From assembly GCA_964430745.1 (NCBI GenBank), contig CAYSHI010000063.1, positions 1 to 57,094 on the forward strand: DNA of 57,094 bases. The letters are read 5' to 3'. The position numbers were made by a program, and so were the translations under genes. Positions 56,950 through 57,094 of the stretch are shown here, piece after piece (the stretch's first letter is position 1; each line of letters opens with the position of its first letter). Below the pieces are notes generated by a model. It had not been told where the DNA came from, did not search any database, and was given only the letters and a program-made list of their open reading frames with translations. This DNA comes from an uncultured Acidobacteriota bacterium (GTDB lineage Bacteria > Acidobacteriota > UBA890).

Positions 56950-57094
56950 ATAGATATAGCTAAGCACGAACACTATTGCTCACTTTATCTTTCCGACAAC
57001 CCGCGAAGGGTTCTCCTACTATCAGGTAATGAAACACACACCGGACGTCGGAATCCACAACCAATCACCTACCCCCCCCCGGGTTGGCCAGAAG

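Noticed and set aside
56902-57094. Sigma54 (-24/-12) promoter upstream of the pilin-like operon.
   Set aside because: There is no TGGCAC-N5-TTGC-like match. The best GG (tTGGCGCTGTCTTAAG) lacks the GC at the -12 position.
57030-57094. Possible tRNA fragment or att site at the window edge (gtcggaatccac resembles a T-loop).
   Set aside because: No acceptor or T-stem pairing could be built around it on either strand.
1-57094. CRISPR arrays, rRNA, tRNA, IS elements and prophage genes.
   Set aside because: I saw no regularly spaced direct repeats, no rRNA/tRNA-like conserved blocks, and no transposase, integrase or phage structural motifs in any frame.

Overview
This is a very GC-rich chromosomal segment from a diderm (Gram-negative-type) bacterium. 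The phylum cannot be determined from this window. About 55 genes are densely packed, and many are translationally coupled through ATGA/GTGA/TTGA stop-start overlaps.

Positions 1-50,000 are mostly conserved housekeeping genes:
- Lipid A and LPS transport: lpxD'-fabZ-lpxA-lpxI plus an oxidoreductase, lptE, and a fused lptF-lptG.
- Other core functions: lexA, ruvX, mltG, ribH-nusB-leuS, holA, rpsT, murJ, dtd, xerD, a CCA-type nucleotidyltransferase, metK, rnz, etfBA, an ATP-dependent DNA ligase, an M23 peptidase, an SLT/LysM transglycosylase, cytochrome c, rho, lemA-DUF2207, an MFS transporter, a D-aminoacylase, uvrD and sppA.

The last ~7 kb (50,038-56,901, minus strand) is the accessory-looking part. 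It holds two diverged tandem copies of a three-gene pseudopilin cassette: a PilV/GspI-like protein, a PilW/GspJ-like protein and a ~600-aa PilX-N-domain protein. An acylphosphatase gene is embedded in one copy. An AT-rich, palindrome-rich control region lies at the window edge.

Observations most worth a second look:
1. An in-frame TGA sits at the second Cys of the CxxC motif of an AhpD/CMD peroxidase-related protein and is followed by a SECIS-like hairpin, so this is a probable selenoprotein.
2. nusB has no stop codon and runs in frame into leuS.
3. lptF and lptG form a single 799-aa ORF.
4. The duplicated pilin-tip cassettes have giant PilX-like proteins with DxDxDG loops and unusually long apparent PilV leaders.

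No rRNA, tRNA, CRISPR array, transposase or prophage gene was recognised. The many long antisense ORFs in the track are GC-driven shadow ORFs.
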